In this document: positions 34,075 to 44,877 of the stretch, piece by piece
Position numbering within the stretch: position 1 is the stretch's first letter
Layout: every line of letters begins with the position of its first letter
IMG/VR virus record: IMGVR_UViG_3300022912_000001
Location: 1 to 58,087 of that record
Origin: a virus
Taxonomy: Duplodnaviria; Caudoviricetes
Length of the DNA: 58,087 nucleotides
Strand: one strand, 5' to 3'
The notes under the pieces: model-generated
Told to the model about the DNA's origin: nothing
What the model saw: only the letters and a program-made list of their open reading frames with translations
Database searches by the model: none
Made by a program: the position numbers and the translations under genes

Positions 34075-34866
34075 TTATCTCATGAATGAGGTTGCTTTGT
34101 TTTTAGGTCTGGCTACATATGCGCCACGACCCTTGCGAATAACAACCGCCTGATTCGCTTTGTCTCTAAAATTTTTCATATAGTTCTCACCAAGGTTTAC
34201 ATCGCTGGACATAGCTATCTTTCCTTTGACAAATTCGATAATGGCGAGGCTAAGGTTTTCATCTGCATTAATATAGCTAAACTCATCAGGTGAAGCAATC
34301 TCAGTCACGTTCTCCCAAGTGTCGGTATCAGAGTAATCTACTGTAGTTAAGTCAGCCGAAGCCTGGTTTGCTAAAGCCTTATAGTAATTGTAGCGTTCAC
34401 CGCCTGAAGCGTGTCCATTTAGAACATATACAATTTCATCCTCTAAAACAGTCTCTGTGCCTGTGCTTGTATAGTCATAGTATGTAGCATCACCTTCAGG
34501 ATTATAGACAAACATCATGCCTAGTGAGGTATGCACAATAGCAATACCATCAGTCAAGGCTTCATCAGGTGCAATAAACTCACCTGTGTCATAACTCTTC
34601 TTGAGTATCTTTAGCTTCCTGCCCTGAATAGTCCACTGATAGTCCTCATAGTTTGTCAAGGTCTTACTTATCTCGATAGCACTATTCATGACAAAGCCCT
34701 CTGGCAAGTCATAAAGCTTTTGACCAACAACAAGGTCTATATAGTTAGTCTCAATATTCTCATGATACTTTGATTCAATTTCAAGGAATGCATCACGAAT
34801 ATTATCAATGACAACACCAGTCTCTCTTGAGCCAGCTTTCTCCATCACCTTCAATACCTGTATCAT
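34075..34866 (-). CDS. Putative head-tail adaptor/tail tubular protein
   Basis: DLV.GQ..YDLP motif; helical ends; position after the capsid genes. Confidence 0.55.
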   Translation of the reverse strand: MIQVLKVMEKAGSRETGVVIDNIRDAFLEIESKYHENIETNYIDLVVGQKLYDLPEGFVMNSAIEISKTLTNYEDYQWTIQGRKLKILKKSYDTGEFIAPDEALTDGIAIVHTSLGMMFVYNPEGDATYYDYTSTGTETVLEDEIVYVLNGHASGGERYNYYKALANQASADLTTVDYSDTDTWENVTEIASPDEFSYINADENLSLAIIEFVKGKIAMSSDVNLGENYMKNFRDKANQAVVIRKGRGAYVARPKNKATSFMR

Positions 34867-37556
34867 TGTGCCACCTGTCCTCTGGAGTTATTGATTACAG
34901 AATCTAATGATTGCCTAGCAACATTGAACATAGCCACACCGTTTTGTGAAAATTGCTGTGCAAGACCTAGAGAAGCATTAATTGAAACTTGCAATGTGCT
35001 TGCGGCATCAAGATATGATTTAGCTTTAGCAAGTTCGCCACCAAAGCGTGAATCCTCAGCCTGCACAAGTGCGCTAAATTCCTGTATCTTAGCACCCACT
35101 TCAGCACCATAAATTGCTGTATCTGCTCTAGCGGCTTCAATTTCCGCCTGCATATCTGAGGCTGAATCTTGCTGTTCTGATGCATAGACTTTAATTGTGA
35201 TGTCTGCATCTCCAGTTTTCTTAGCAAGCTCTGTGTTGTATTTCTGCAACTCAAAATTAACACGTTTAACATCAGTATCAACTTCGGATGTAAAGTCCTG
35301 CAATAGAGTTTGAACTTCCGCAGAATAGACTGCTATTTGATTCTGTGTGCTTTCTACTAATGCTTGAAGTGTTGCGCTGGCATCTGCCTGTTCTGCACCG
35401 TATGATTTCAGTAATACCTCTGAGTCTGCAATAGTTTTTTGCAATTCGGCACTATATTTTTGCAATTCAAATGATACACGCTGGACTTCAGCTTCAATAT
35501 CTGCTGAGTATTGTCCAAGTATAGACTGCACTTCTGCTGAGTAAACGGCAATTTCACTACTTGCAGTTTCTACCTCTGCTTGAAAGTCAGTTCCAGTATC
35601 TTTTTGCTCAGATGCATACGATTTCAGTAGGGCATCAACTCCAGCCACTTCTTTTTGCAGTTCAGCATTATAGCTCTGTATATCTGACTGAATGCGTTTT
35701 GCTTCTGCTTCAATATCTGACATAAATTTGTCAAGTATTGTTTTTGAATTGACGCCAAATATTGATATTTGCTGTTTGTCAGTTTCTATTTCAGCTTGCA
35801 GATTGGCAGCAGAATCCTTCTGTTCTGAAGAATAAGCTTTCAGGTTTGCATCAATATCTGCAATACCCTTCTGTAAGTCTGCATTATAGTTAGCAATCTC
35901 AGTCTGGACACGGGTTGATTCTGCTTCAACTTCCGTTTTGTACTGATTGAGTAGAGACTGAACTTCAGTTCCGTAAATAGAGATAGCGTTCTTGTCACCC
36001 TCTATACTGGCCTGCAACTCAGCACTTGCATCTTTTTGCTCTGCGCTATAATTGGCAAGTAAAGACTGTACTCTCTGGACTTCCTTTTGCACATCAGCCT
36101 GATACTTATTGATTTCAGCACCAACACGCTTTGTCTCACTATCAAGACTAACGCTAAACTTCTCAAGCAATGTTTTCTGCTTACCAAGTTCTGTGCTTGC
36201 ACGTTGAACCTCTTGAGCGGCTGACTGATTCGTTGACTGAACCATCTCTGGGTCTTCATCGTTTAGCCAGTAGCCTGCTGAGTGTGCTGTGACTGGCCCT
36301 TCTGCTGTTATACCAGTATCAATAAGAAGCTGTGCATTTGACATAGCATCTGCAAAGTTTGTAAAGTCAATAGCTGGCAATGCAGGGTTGGCAACAGTAG
36401 GCAATGATTCAGTTATTGACAATGAATCAGGTAACGTGTAACCAGTAGGGGCAGTATATGTACTACCTATAACTGGAGCAACAGGGAGTGAGGGTGGGTC
36501 TGGCATTGCAACTACAGGCAACGTCTTTGTCACGGTAATTGACTTGTCAAACGTATACCCACCTGGGGAAATATATGTGCTACCTACTGTTGGAGCATTA
36601 GGTAATGCGGGAGTAGGTGGAAATATAGGTTTGGGCAATGCTGAAGTTATTGTAATTTCAGCAGGCAATGTATAGTCACCAGGCTTAGTGTAGGAAATTG
36701 ATATAGTCGGGCTAACTGGTAACGTAGGTGAAGCAGGCATTGCGATTGTAGGCAATACAGTAGAAACTGTCAATGTTGCTGGTAATGAATAACCAACTGG
36801 GGATATATATTGAATAGATATTGTAGGTGCTGTAGGCATTGTTGGATATTCAGGTATAACTATAACAGGAAGCACAGTATCCATCTCTATACCTGAAGGC
36901 AATGCAGTAGTTGGCTTAGTATATGCTATTGCGATAGTTGGCACAGTAGGCAACACAGGGTCAACTACAGGGTCGTAGGTCGGCAAGGCAGCAACAAAGT
37001 CATCAATATATCCACCAGTACCATTGATACTTACAATATCTGCCTCAGCTTTGGCTGCATATATTGCGAATTGATGCATATAGTCAATATAGCAAGCATA
37101 GTTCATTCCAATGCTTTCATACTTGCCGAGAAAAGTTGTTGATATTGAAGATACAGTTACATCTTTAGCTATGGCACAAAGACCTAGCTCGTCATCTTCA
37201 GGGTCTGGCTTAATAAAAATTTTGTTGTTCTTAATGAATGCAAATGGGAATAGTTTAGTTGGCTTGTAGATACTGTCAATAGCAGTCTCAGTAGCATAGA
37301 AGCCATCAAGTGGCCTTATCTCTGCCTCTCTACCATTACGCTCTGCACCAAGTACGACTTCACCTGTAACGTCAATGCCAGTACCATCAGCAACACTTGC
37401 TGTCTGCCCACGAAAAGAAGTTTGTAGAATATCAAGAGGGAGTGATGCTAAGACAAACCCCTGTGCATCATCCAGAGCTTGAACAATTAAATCATCAGGC
37501 ACGTCACCAACAACGCTACCTGTTACTTGTCTAACCTTTGCTATTAAAGTAGCCAT
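34863..37556 (-). CDS. 897-aa virion protein with 5x39-aa Pro-rich and 5x72-aa helical repeats
   Basis: YTKP/YISP/YTKP/YISP/YTAP repeats and Y..EQ.D repeats visible in the translation. Confidence 0.8.
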   Translation of the reverse strand: MATLIAKVRQVTGSVVGDVPDDLIVQALDDAQGFVLASLPLDILQTSFRGQTASVADGTGIDVTGEVVLGAERNGREAEIRPLDGFYATETAIDSIYKPTKLFPFAFIKNNKIFIKPDPEDDELGLCAIAKDVTVSSISTTFLGKYESIGMNYACYIDYMHQFAIYAAKAEADIVSINGTGGYIDDFVAALPTYDPVVDPVLPTVPTIAIAYTKPTTALPSGIEMDTVLPVIVIPEYPTMPTAPTISIQYISPVGYSLPATLTVSTVLPTIAMPASPTLPVSPTISISYTKPGDYTLPAEITITSALPKPIFPPTPALPNAPTVGSTYISPGGYTFDKSITVTKTLPVVAMPDPPSLPVAPVIGSTYTAPTGYTLPDSLSITESLPTVANPALPAIDFTNFADAMSNAQLLIDTGITAEGPVTAHSAGYWLNDEDPEMVQSTNQSAAQEVQRASTELGKQKTLLEKFSVSLDSETKRVGAEINKYQADVQKEVQRVQSLLANYSAEQKDASAELQASIEGDKNAISIYGTEVQSLLNQYKTEVEAESTRVQTEIANYNADLQKGIADIDANLKAYSSEQKDSAANLQAEIETDKQQISIFGVNSKTILDKFMSDIEAEAKRIQSDIQSYNAELQKEVAGVDALLKSYASEQKDTGTDFQAEVETASSEIAVYSAEVQSILGQYSADIEAEVQRVSFELQKYSAELQKTIADSEVLLKSYGAEQADASATLQALVESTQNQIAVYSAEVQTLLQDFTSEVDTDVKRVNFELQKYNTELAKKTGDADITIKVYASEQQDSASDMQAEIEAARADTAIYGAEVGAKIQEFSALVQAEDSRFGGELAKAKSYLDAASTLQVSINASLGLAQQFSQNGVAMFNVARQSLDSVINNSRGQVAQ

Positions 37557-37574
37557 GATGCTCCCTAGTTAAAT

Positions 37575-37620
37575 GACCTTCAGGGGTGGATAGTCTGGGA
37601 AACACCCACCCCATCCGGTC
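37575..37620 (-). terminator. Stem-loop after the capsid accessory gene (terminator or mRNA stabiliser)
   Basis: - strand GACC..GGGGTGGG...TCCACCCC..GGTC; no long U-tract. Confidence 0.4.
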
Positions 37621-37637
37621 AATTTAATTTCTGATAA

Positions 37638-38069
37638 TTAAGCTATCGTCATGTGGTCATTATCATGTTCCATGCCATTGACATAGAAATAATCACCATC
37701 AAATTCGATTTCAGCCCAATCACCTGGAGCGGCCTTGCTTGCAATGAATGTTAATTCATCAACAGCAGTATCGGCAGATTCACCACCAGTAGCATCTGCT
37801 GAACATATCATTCCAAACATCAAGTCACCATCATCATCTGCAACACTAATGACAACATCTTTCGAGCTTGCAGTTTTCAAGATAAACTTGGCTTTCCAGC
37901 CAGGTTGTATCGTTGCAATCTCAGGAAGCTGTATGTCAAGTGCTGAAGTAGCGTTCTGGACAACCATGAAGATTTTACCAGCATCGCCAGCTAACAGTTG
38001 TTGGTCAGCGGATAGAGATTCTACTCGCTTATAATCCCAACCATGTGATACACCTAATTTTGTACTCAT
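37638..38069 (-). CDS. Putative capsid decoration/auxiliary protein (143 aa)
   Basis: Immediately after the MCP; beta-rich. Confidence 0.6.
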   Translation of the reverse strand: MSTKLGVSHGWDYKRVESLSADQQLLAGDAGKIFMVVQNATSALDIQLPEIATIQPGWKAKFILKTASSKDVVISVADDDGDLMFGMICSADATGGESADTAVDELTFIASKAAPGDWAEIEFDGDYFYVNGMEHDNDHMTIA

Positions 38070-38094
38070 AAGTCTTATTCCTTTCGGTTACGAC

Positions 38095-39765
38095 CTATAG
38101 CCAAACAGCGTGTAGGTAAGGTTTGCTGTGATGGAAGCCAAGGTCAGCATCAATGATGTCAACTCTGCGACTCTCGCCAGTGTTAGCTTTCGTTTTCACA
38201 CCCTGATGAACATGCACATCATTGCTGATACCGTTACCGATAAGAGGTCTGATAGCAGTTCCATTCATGTCAATACCTAACAACTTGACATTTGTGCCGT
38301 CAAGGTGAATGTCACGAACAAGTTTCATTGTCGTGCCATCTACGTCAAGTACGCGAGTTGGAACACCAACAAGCTTCTTGAGGCTACCTGATGCAGAAAT
38401 GCGGTAGTTGTTTGATTCCTCTGCAACATTCTTCATGTATGAAGTTGTACCGATTCTACCGAACCAGTTCCATACCTGTGTGTTACAGTAGTAAACCTTA
38501 CTTGAACCCATAGTTGGACTGTAGCGTGGGTCATTGAAGGCTGACATATCTTCAAGGAAATCATCATAGGTCTTTGAGGTCAGGTCAAGAGCAAACTGGT
38601 TTCCGTTGTTAAGGATGTAGTTCACAATTCCTTCAGTATATGTAATACCGTCGGCATCTGTCATCTGTTCGCCAAAGTATGCTGTGCGAGCCATATCAAG
38701 GTTCATTTCCAACATCTTGTCATTCCACTCTTCAGACCAAGGATTCTGTTCAAATTTCAGCTCTGTACTCATGGCACGATATGACATGATTGCTTCTTTT
38801 TTGAAAATCTGTGTCAAGCCATTGTCAACACGATATTCCTTGTCACGATGTACTTCACCAAAGCCAGAAAGCTCATGATAAGCAGTACCTGAAACGTAGG
38901 TACGCATAGGCTCTAGCTTCTGAGCAATACTGTTTGCGGCTGTGCCGTGTGCAGTATCAGTCAGCAATGCTGTGGTTTGGTCAAAAGTTGAACTTGCACG
39001 ATATGAAGTCGGCTTCAATGCAGTTGCAGGCCGTTTCAGTAAAAGGACATTCACCATCAATGCTTCACCATAAGCACTACCTGTCATTGTGTATGTTGAC
39101 AACACACGCACAAGGGCATAGTCTTCAACAACTACTGCGCCAGCGGCTGTAGTAGGTGTAGTTGACGTGGTAGGAATACGGAGAATTTGATTTGGATGAA
39201 TGTAATTCGGTTTCGTTCCTGCTTCACCGAGAGTAATACCATCAGATACAGCCTGACCAATACGATTCTCTTTTTGACCGATGATAGTGAAATCACCCAT
39301 CATCAAAAGGCTGAATGTTGAATCAGCGGCTGGCAATTCTGCACTTGCATACATATTTGCATTGCCATTGACAGTCGCGGCTAGGAACAGCAAGTAACGT
39401 GTTGTGTCCCAAGCTGTTGTTGCTGTTACAGTTTGGTCTGCGGCGGACACTTCACCTGCGGCTGACATGCCCATAACGTAACCAAAGCGTTTCAGAGCGG
39501 CAGACTGCTTCTTCGATGTAACCTTGAAGTTAGGGTCTGTCGTTGGAACTTTACGCATCATGTTCAAGTGATGCAGGTATGGGTCACGTAAGAAGGAAAT
39601 CTTGGTATATGAGCTACCAAAATCATACGAGCGTCTTAAATCACCAGTGTCAGGGTTTGATGCCCTGGTTACCTCTGCAACATCCGACTGGTTCAGATTT
39701 GTTGCAGGGTGCATAACGGTTAAAGGCTCATCGCCTCCAGTAATTCTACTATAATCATCTGCCAT
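38095..39765 (-). CDS. Major capsid protein (556 aa)
   Basis: Follows portal and scaffold; GDLRR.YDF...DP.....K.PT.DP.FK, N.TQIFK, D......FGE, TEGI motifs of HK97-fold DUF5309-like capsids. Confidence 0.8.
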   Translation of the reverse strand: MADDYSRITGGDEPLTVMHPATNLNQSDVAEVTRASNPDTGDLRRSYDFGSSYTKISFLRDPYLHHLNMMRKVPTTDPNFKVTSKKQSAALKRFGYVMGMSAAGEVSAADQTVTATTAWDTTRYLLFLAATVNGNANMYASAELPAADSTFSLLMMGDFTIIGQKENRIGQAVSDGITLGEAGTKPNYIHPNQILRIPTTSTTPTTAAGAVVVEDYALVRVLSTYTMTGSAYGEALMVNVLLLKRPATALKPTSYRASSTFDQTTALLTDTAHGTAANSIAQKLEPMRTYVSGTAYHELSGFGEVHRDKEYRVDNGLTQIFKKEAIMSYRAMSTELKFEQNPWSEEWNDKMLEMNLDMARTAYFGEQMTDADGITYTEGIVNYILNNGNQFALDLTSKTYDDFLEDMSAFNDPRYSPTMGSSKVYYCNTQVWNWFGRIGTTSYMKNVAEESNNYRISASGSLKKLVGVPTRVLDVDGTTMKLVRDIHLDGTNVKLLGIDMNGTAIRPLIGNGISNDVHVHQGVKTKANTGESRRVDIIDADLGFHHSKPYLHAVWL

Positions 39766-39786
39766 TGCTGGACTTCCTTATCTTAA

Positions 39787-40560
39787 TTAAGCTGTTGTCT
39801 CAAAAGTTTTGTCATCTACTCCGAAATATTTATTGAAAAGTTGAGCATCACTCAAGGGCTGTTTCGGTGCGCCAGCATTTCCAGCTAAAGAAGGAATGTA
39901 AGATGAAACCCTCTCCCTCTGTTGCGAAAACTGTTTTGCTGTGGAACGTGAAACATTCTCAGCGTACTGCTGGCGATTGATTGTAAGAAACATATCTTCA
40001 AGTGTAAATTCTCTTGCTTCCATCTGCTTCTCAAACTTAGCATAACCAGCTTCATCAAGCTTATATTTCTCCATAAGCTGTTTCTTCTGCGTGTTATACT
40101 GGTCTTCGCCTGCTTTTTGCTGTCTCTTTTCATCTTCGGAAAGCTGAAGCCGTTTTGCCTGTATAGCAATTCGTGCATTAAGATAACGACCTGAATCACT
40201 ATCAGGGTCATCAACTGCTTCTGCTTCATCATACACAAAATCCTCTGGCAAGCCGAGAGCTTCCTTTAAATTCTTAGGAGCTGGTTTCTCTTCTTTATGA
40301 GGTTGATTTGAGTTTTGTAGATTCTGGGATAGAGTTGAGACTAAAGTCTCCAACTGTTCTCCCTGTTTAGCAACTGTTTGAAGTAACGCTTCTGATTCGG
40401 ACCCGCCCTTTTTCTCAGGTTCTGCAGGCTGATTAAGCTGGTCAACAAGTTGTGGTAGTGGAGGCTTAGGGCTTCCACCGGGCATAACTATTGTCTCTGC
40501 TCTCTCATCATCCATCAATGCAAATGCATTGTCGTTAAAATCTAAGTCGTTTTCACTCAT
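39787..40560 (-). CDS. Capsid scaffolding protein
   Basis: Acidic, helical, between portal and MCP. Confidence 0.65.
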   Translation of the reverse strand: MSENDLDFNDNAFALMDDERAETIVMPGGSPKPPLPQLVDQLNQPAEPEKKGGSESEALLQTVAKQGEQLETLVSTLSQNLQNSNQPHKEEKPAPKNLKEALGLPEDFVYDEAEAVDDPDSDSGRYLNARIAIQAKRLQLSEDEKRQQKAGEDQYNTQKKQLMEKYKLDEAGYAKFEKQMEAREFTLEDMFLTINRQQYAENVSRSTAKQFSQQRERVSSYIPSLAGNAGAPKQPLSDAQLFNKYFGVDDKTFETTA

Positions 40561-40583
40561 TGTACGGTTTCCCTTTCATTGTT

Positions 40584-40612
40584 AATATACTGTCAGACTA
40601 TCCTATATACAA
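40584..40612 (-). promoter_or_regulatory. Putative sigma70-type promoter for scaffold and capsid
   Basis: - strand TTGTAT-N17-TATATT. Confidence 0.55.
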
Positions 40613-40634
40613 GCCTGTTAGCCTAGCCCAAGTG

Positions 40635-42908
40635 TCAACTTGAGCTAGGTTTTGTTGGTTTTGTAGCTAATTTAGCTTCCTTCTCAATTTGAGCCATATT
40701 AGCAATATGCTTATCAAGTGCAAGTTGTGCTTTATTCTCAAATTGCTGTAATGCAGTCTCTGTCTCAAGTACACCCTTGCGAGTTTCCATCTCTCCAGAC
40801 ATTGAATTAATCTTAATTCTTGACTGGATGACTTGACGTTCAAGTGTCTCATTGTCGCCTTTAAGCTTCTTGAGTTCATCATTGAGGCTTTCGATTTGAT
40901 TCTGCTGTTGAGCTTGGAGACTCTTCTCTTTAATCACAGCTTCTTTGTCCTCAATATCTGTGTACTTAATCATTGTAGTATCTGGAATCAATCCATCTTT
41001 GAAATACTCATAGTATTTACTCTCTCGCATCTCACGATTAGTTGGGAATGTGGAGCCTGCAACAACACGAATGTCAAAGTTTGCAGTTTCGTAGTCAAGG
41101 TATTTACCAGAGATTTCACCATTCTTGTCATACAGTGGAACATTAAGCTCGTAGTCCTCAAAGCCGTTTTCATTGACAATGCGGAAGATTTTGTGAGCCT
41201 TATATACATGTTGTGATATGTCAACAAAGACATTACCAATGTGAGTTAATGCAGGCTCGAAAACGCTATCAATCCACGCCTTCAGCTTACGAGTACCAAA
41301 CTCATCATTGGCCATTAGTGAGCGAAAGGGAATGCGGTCTGACACATCAGCCATACCCATCATTCCAGAGTTTACGCCTGCTGTATATTCCAGTTCGTTT
41401 TTGCCCTCATTCATAATGGTGTAAAAGGCGTTGTTCAAAGGCAAAGGCATGATGCGTTCAGGCTTGCTCTCAGGGCCAGAGTAAACATACTCAAGAATAC
41501 CGCCTGGCATAGTCGAGTTCTCTGTCCACACATCCATATCAATCACAGAACCTGAGTTCACTAACCACTGGCCATTAGAGGAAAGCGTAGCATTGTGAAT
41601 CATTAATTGATGAGCCTTGTTGATTTCTTCCTGCTTACCCATAAGATACTTCATAGAAGAGATAGGGTAAATGTTTCCTGTATATACATAAGGAATTGGA
41701 ACGAGGGGATAGTGCTTGTAGTCGAGGTCAATTTCATATAGCATTGTATCGTCACCAACAGAACACTCAAGCTTAACCCTCATATCCCAAAAAAGAATCT
41801 CTTCAAGAATATCTTCTGGGTTTACAACACCCTTCTTGATAGCATCTTCATATTCACTTTTGCGAATTACAACACTTTTTATCTGGGCTTTCAGTTGCTC
41901 AACAGCACTGGCAAAAGCCTCTGTTTGTGCGTCAAGCTGTTGCTCAAGTCGCCTGCGCTCTTTGGACATTTCAAGTTCCATACGAGCAGGAAGCATTTCC
42001 TGTGCATCAACCATTTTCTGAAATTGAGCCTCTTTCTCTTGTAGGCTAACGTCAACTTCCATTGCCAGTTCCTCAAGAGACACCCTGCCCTCCATCTGCA
42101 TCTCCCTGACTGCATCAGGTGAAGGAATATCACGAACCATTAGGTTGACAAATTCAACAGGAACACGCCTGTATGTTTCGATGTATGGAATTACTTCCTC
42201 ATACTGACCATCATAGCCATTAATTGCATCTGCATTAACCTGACTATTTTTAGTTTCCTTCGTTCCATCGCCACCAGTATCAGTAAGAGCAGCACCTGAA
42301 GCGGCCCATATTTCCTTGTGAAATTGTGGCAGTTTATTCGATATGCTCGTCTTTGACATATTGCGAGCTACCTGAATCCAAGCGGCATCTCTAGCAAACA
42401 TATCACGACAAGTTGGGTCTTCATATACATCTTCAGGATTGATAGTCCCAAACATGACTTCACCCATTCCCCTGTCTGCATCCTTGTCAACATATAAATA
42501 AGGAACACCTTTGGACTTCGTAAGAATGTCTAAGGCGACCTGACCCATATGCATCTTGCCATTTGATTGCTCAAAGGAATAGTCCATTAGTCTAGCGGCT
42601 ACACCTGCAATCATGGAGTCATCACCTCCGCGACCAGTAGCAGACCAACGTGGGTTGTTAGCAGTTATAAAATACTTTTGGGTATCAATAACAGGAGTAG
42701 ACCTATTAGACGTAAAAGTTGGCATATTTGCATCTTCTAAATCCTCCAATTCATCTTCATCAATTTGCTCATCTTCATAAAAGCGTTCACCCTTATGTAA
42801 GTCTCCGAGCCATTTGTTCCTTCGCCCATTATTAGCAAACTCAATGAGTTGCCTATTGCTGTGAGCAGTAGCTACCTTTGCATGTGGTACTGACTGTTGT
42901 AAAGCCAT
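40635..42908 (-). CDS. Portal protein (P22-like)
   Basis: Follows TerL; FY...Q, N...P, VYEDP, YPLVP, QEEINK motifs; C-terminal coiled coil; likely start overlaps the TerL stop. Confidence 0.85.
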   Translation of the reverse strand: MALQQSVPHAKVATAHSNRQLIEFANNGRRNKWLGDLHKGERFYEDEQIDEDELEDLEDANMPTFTSNRSTPVIDTQKYFITANNPRWSATGRGGDDSMIAGVAARLMDYSFEQSNGKMHMGQVALDILTKSKGVPYLYVDKDADRGMGEVMFGTINPEDVYEDPTCRDMFARDAAWIQVARNMSKTSISNKLPQFHKEIWAASGAALTDTGGDGTKETKNSQVNADAINGYDGQYEEVIPYIETYRRVPVEFVNLMVRDIPSPDAVREMQMEGRVSLEELAMEVDVSLQEKEAQFQKMVDAQEMLPARMELEMSKERRRLEQQLDAQTEAFASAVEQLKAQIKSVVIRKSEYEDAIKKGVVNPEDILEEILFWDMRVKLECSVGDDTMLYEIDLDYKHYPLVPIPYVYTGNIYPISSMKYLMGKQEEINKAHQLMIHNATLSSNGQWLVNSGSVIDMDVWTENSTMPGGILEYVYSGPESKPERIMPLPLNNAFYTIMNEGKNELEYTAGVNSGMMGMADVSDRIPFRSLMANDEFGTRKLKAWIDSVFEPALTHIGNVFVDISQHVYKAHKIFRIVNENGFEDYELNVPLYDKNGEISGKYLDYETANFDIRVVAGSTFPTNREMRESKYYEYFKDGLIPDTTMIKYTDIEDKEAVIKEKSLQAQQQNQIESLNDELKKLKGDNETLERQVIQSRIKINSMSGEMETRKGVLETETALQQFENKAQLALDKHIANMAQIEKEAKLATKPTKPSSS

Positions 42909-44695
42909 TACATAGTTCTCCAACTTCTTTTGCGCTTCGGTTTATTAATGTGGTTGTTAAGACGTTGTACCCTAACAAGGTGGTTGTTTGTATTATTCCC
43001 AACACCCTGCTTAGTAACTCTCTTCGGTCGTGGCGGATAAGAGCCAACGCAAGCGTAGAAGAACCCTTCTATCGTATCATCATGCGCCATGAATGGCCCA
43101 AATTTCCAAGTCTCATCTATTAATTCATAATGATTCTTCCTGTAGAATACCATCCCGTTGGAAAAGTCAGTTGATAAATGAGAGTAAATTCTATTGTGTT
43201 TGTTCGTTCCCCCTGGAGCGTGTGGTGCATATATAGCATAGTTAGCATTAAGCTTCTGCTTCAAGTCATTGAGCGCACTAAAGACACTACGATTCATCGC
43301 AACATCCTCTATGCGACCACCCTGTATATTGTAGCGTTTAGCAAAGTCAACAAGGTAGTCAACAACACCCATCTTGCCTATCAGTTCATAGTCAACTATC
43401 TCACCATCGACTATTTTGGGTTCTCGTCTTCCAGCAGTAGGTATGGAGCGGTGACGTTCATATTCAAGTACATACTTCCGCCCCTGCGCGTCAACAGCCA
43501 CCGCCATAATAACTGAATAGTCAGAACTATTGTTATCAATATCAGTAGCAGGGTCACAGCCAACGAATACATTAACAGGAAACATGTCACCATTAAAGTG
43601 TAAATAACTTTGACCTTCGATAAACATGTACTGTCCATCATGGAATCTAATGTGCTCCTTAGTCCACTTAGCATCTTCACTTGACTGTACCTCCAACTCA
43701 TATTCTTGATTGTAGCCAGATACACCCCTTGGCCCTTTTTGATAGACAGCTTTTATCTGGTCTAGTACGGCTCTAGGTCTGTGAGAGTGCCATAGGACAC
43801 CTCCAGGCATTGTAGGCTGTGTAGACTTGTAGGTAATCACCTTCCAGGGGAACGACTCTTCAGTTCCCTCTTTTGTCACCGTAGCCCAGTCATCAAGAAG
43901 ATTCTGAGCCATAGCATCAAAGTGGACAGGTGTACCTGTAAAAATCATTCTTCGTCTTGGGAAGTTCTTTTCAATTCCAGGCAGAAGTCCATTGAGCAAG
44001 CTGTCTTTAAGACTATCTCTCGACTTGGCAGTTTTGGTGTTTTCTTCGTTTTCGGCATCATCAATAAATGCCCTAGATATTCTTTGCGCACCCTTCTCAA
44101 TGTCAGGAAGTGTTTGTCCGCGAGCGGAGCGTAAAGTGGAGAATGATGAGAGCCTACAGCCATTTGAAAGGACAAGTTCTTCCTTGTTCCAAGTTTTTCC
44201 TTTCCAATTTTGACAGTAACGCTTGAACTTCTGATTCCCTTCGAGGTGCATAGCAATGTATTCAACATTTGTAAATGAGTCCTTCTGTGATTTAGCTACC
44301 CAAACATAGAATAACTTTTCGTCATAGTCACGCCAGCCCCAGTCAAAAGCAAGTTTGGCAAAGAAGAAGTCATGTAAGATACTACCTTTGACAAGGGTTG
44401 TTTTTGCGCTTTCTCTCGGAAGGATTACAGCTAGAGGTTTCTCACTATCTGAATCCAATTCGTCACATATTTCGTAGTGAAAGAATGGTGTCTCTGACTT
44501 CATAAAGTCACCTGCAAGGAACATCTTGCCAAACACTACTGTTTTCCTAAAAGCCATATAGAGCATTCGCTCTTCCTTAGAGGGATTACCTTTAAGGATA
44601 TTGAATGTTTTTATCTTGCCAGTCTTTAACTCCTCTTTGTACTCCTTCGGAGTTACAATAGGCTTGACTTGCGCTATAGGGCTTAGTGTTTCCAT
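42908..44695 (-). CDS. terL: Terminase large subunit
   Basis: PRESAKTT Walker A, RGQ, IDDAE Walker B, GTP.H.D, QEY, GCDPA...DYS nuclease, HDDTIE. Confidence 0.92.
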   Translation of the reverse strand: METLSPIAQVKPIVTPKEYKEELKTGKIKTFNILKGNPSKEERMLYMAFRKTVVFGKMFLAGDFMKSETPFFHYEICDELDSDSEKPLAVILPRESAKTTLVKGSILHDFFFAKLAFDWGWRDYDEKLFYVWVAKSQKDSFTNVEYIAMHLEGNQKFKRYCQNWKGKTWNKEELVLSNGCRLSSFSTLRSARGQTLPDIEKGAQRISRAFIDDAENEENTKTAKSRDSLKDSLLNGLLPGIEKNFPRRRMIFTGTPVHFDAMAQNLLDDWATVTKEGTEESFPWKVITYKSTQPTMPGGVLWHSHRPRAVLDQIKAVYQKGPRGVSGYNQEYELEVQSSEDAKWTKEHIRFHDGQYMFIEGQSYLHFNGDMFPVNVFVGCDPATDIDNNSSDYSVIMAVAVDAQGRKYVLEYERHRSIPTAGRREPKIVDGEIVDYELIGKMGVVDYLVDFAKRYNIQGGRIEDVAMNRSVFSALNDLKQKLNANYAIYAPHAPGGTNKHNRIYSHLSTDFSNGMVFYRKNHYELIDETWKFGPFMAHDDTIEGFFYACVGSYPPRPKRVTKQGVGNNTNNHLVRVQRLNNHINKPKRKRSWRTM

Positions 44696-44877
44696 TATTC
44701 GCTTTGCGATAAGTCGCTTAGTTTAATTGTCTGGGCTTCGCCCAATCGCTCTGCACTATTAGCTTTCTTAGAAGCAACAGCACGTTCAGGAAGGTGAGGC
44801 TGATGGTCGTCACATAAACCATTCTTGTTCATAGTAGGAGCCTCACAGTCGTGGCAATGAAAAGGTATTGGCGTCAT
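44695..44877 (-). CDS. Small Cys/His protein (60 aa)
   Basis: CHDC...CDDH; coupled ORF. Confidence 0.6.
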   Translation of the reverse strand: MTPIPFHCHDCEAPTMNKNGLCDDHQPHLPERAVASKKANSAERLGEAQTIKLSDLSQSE

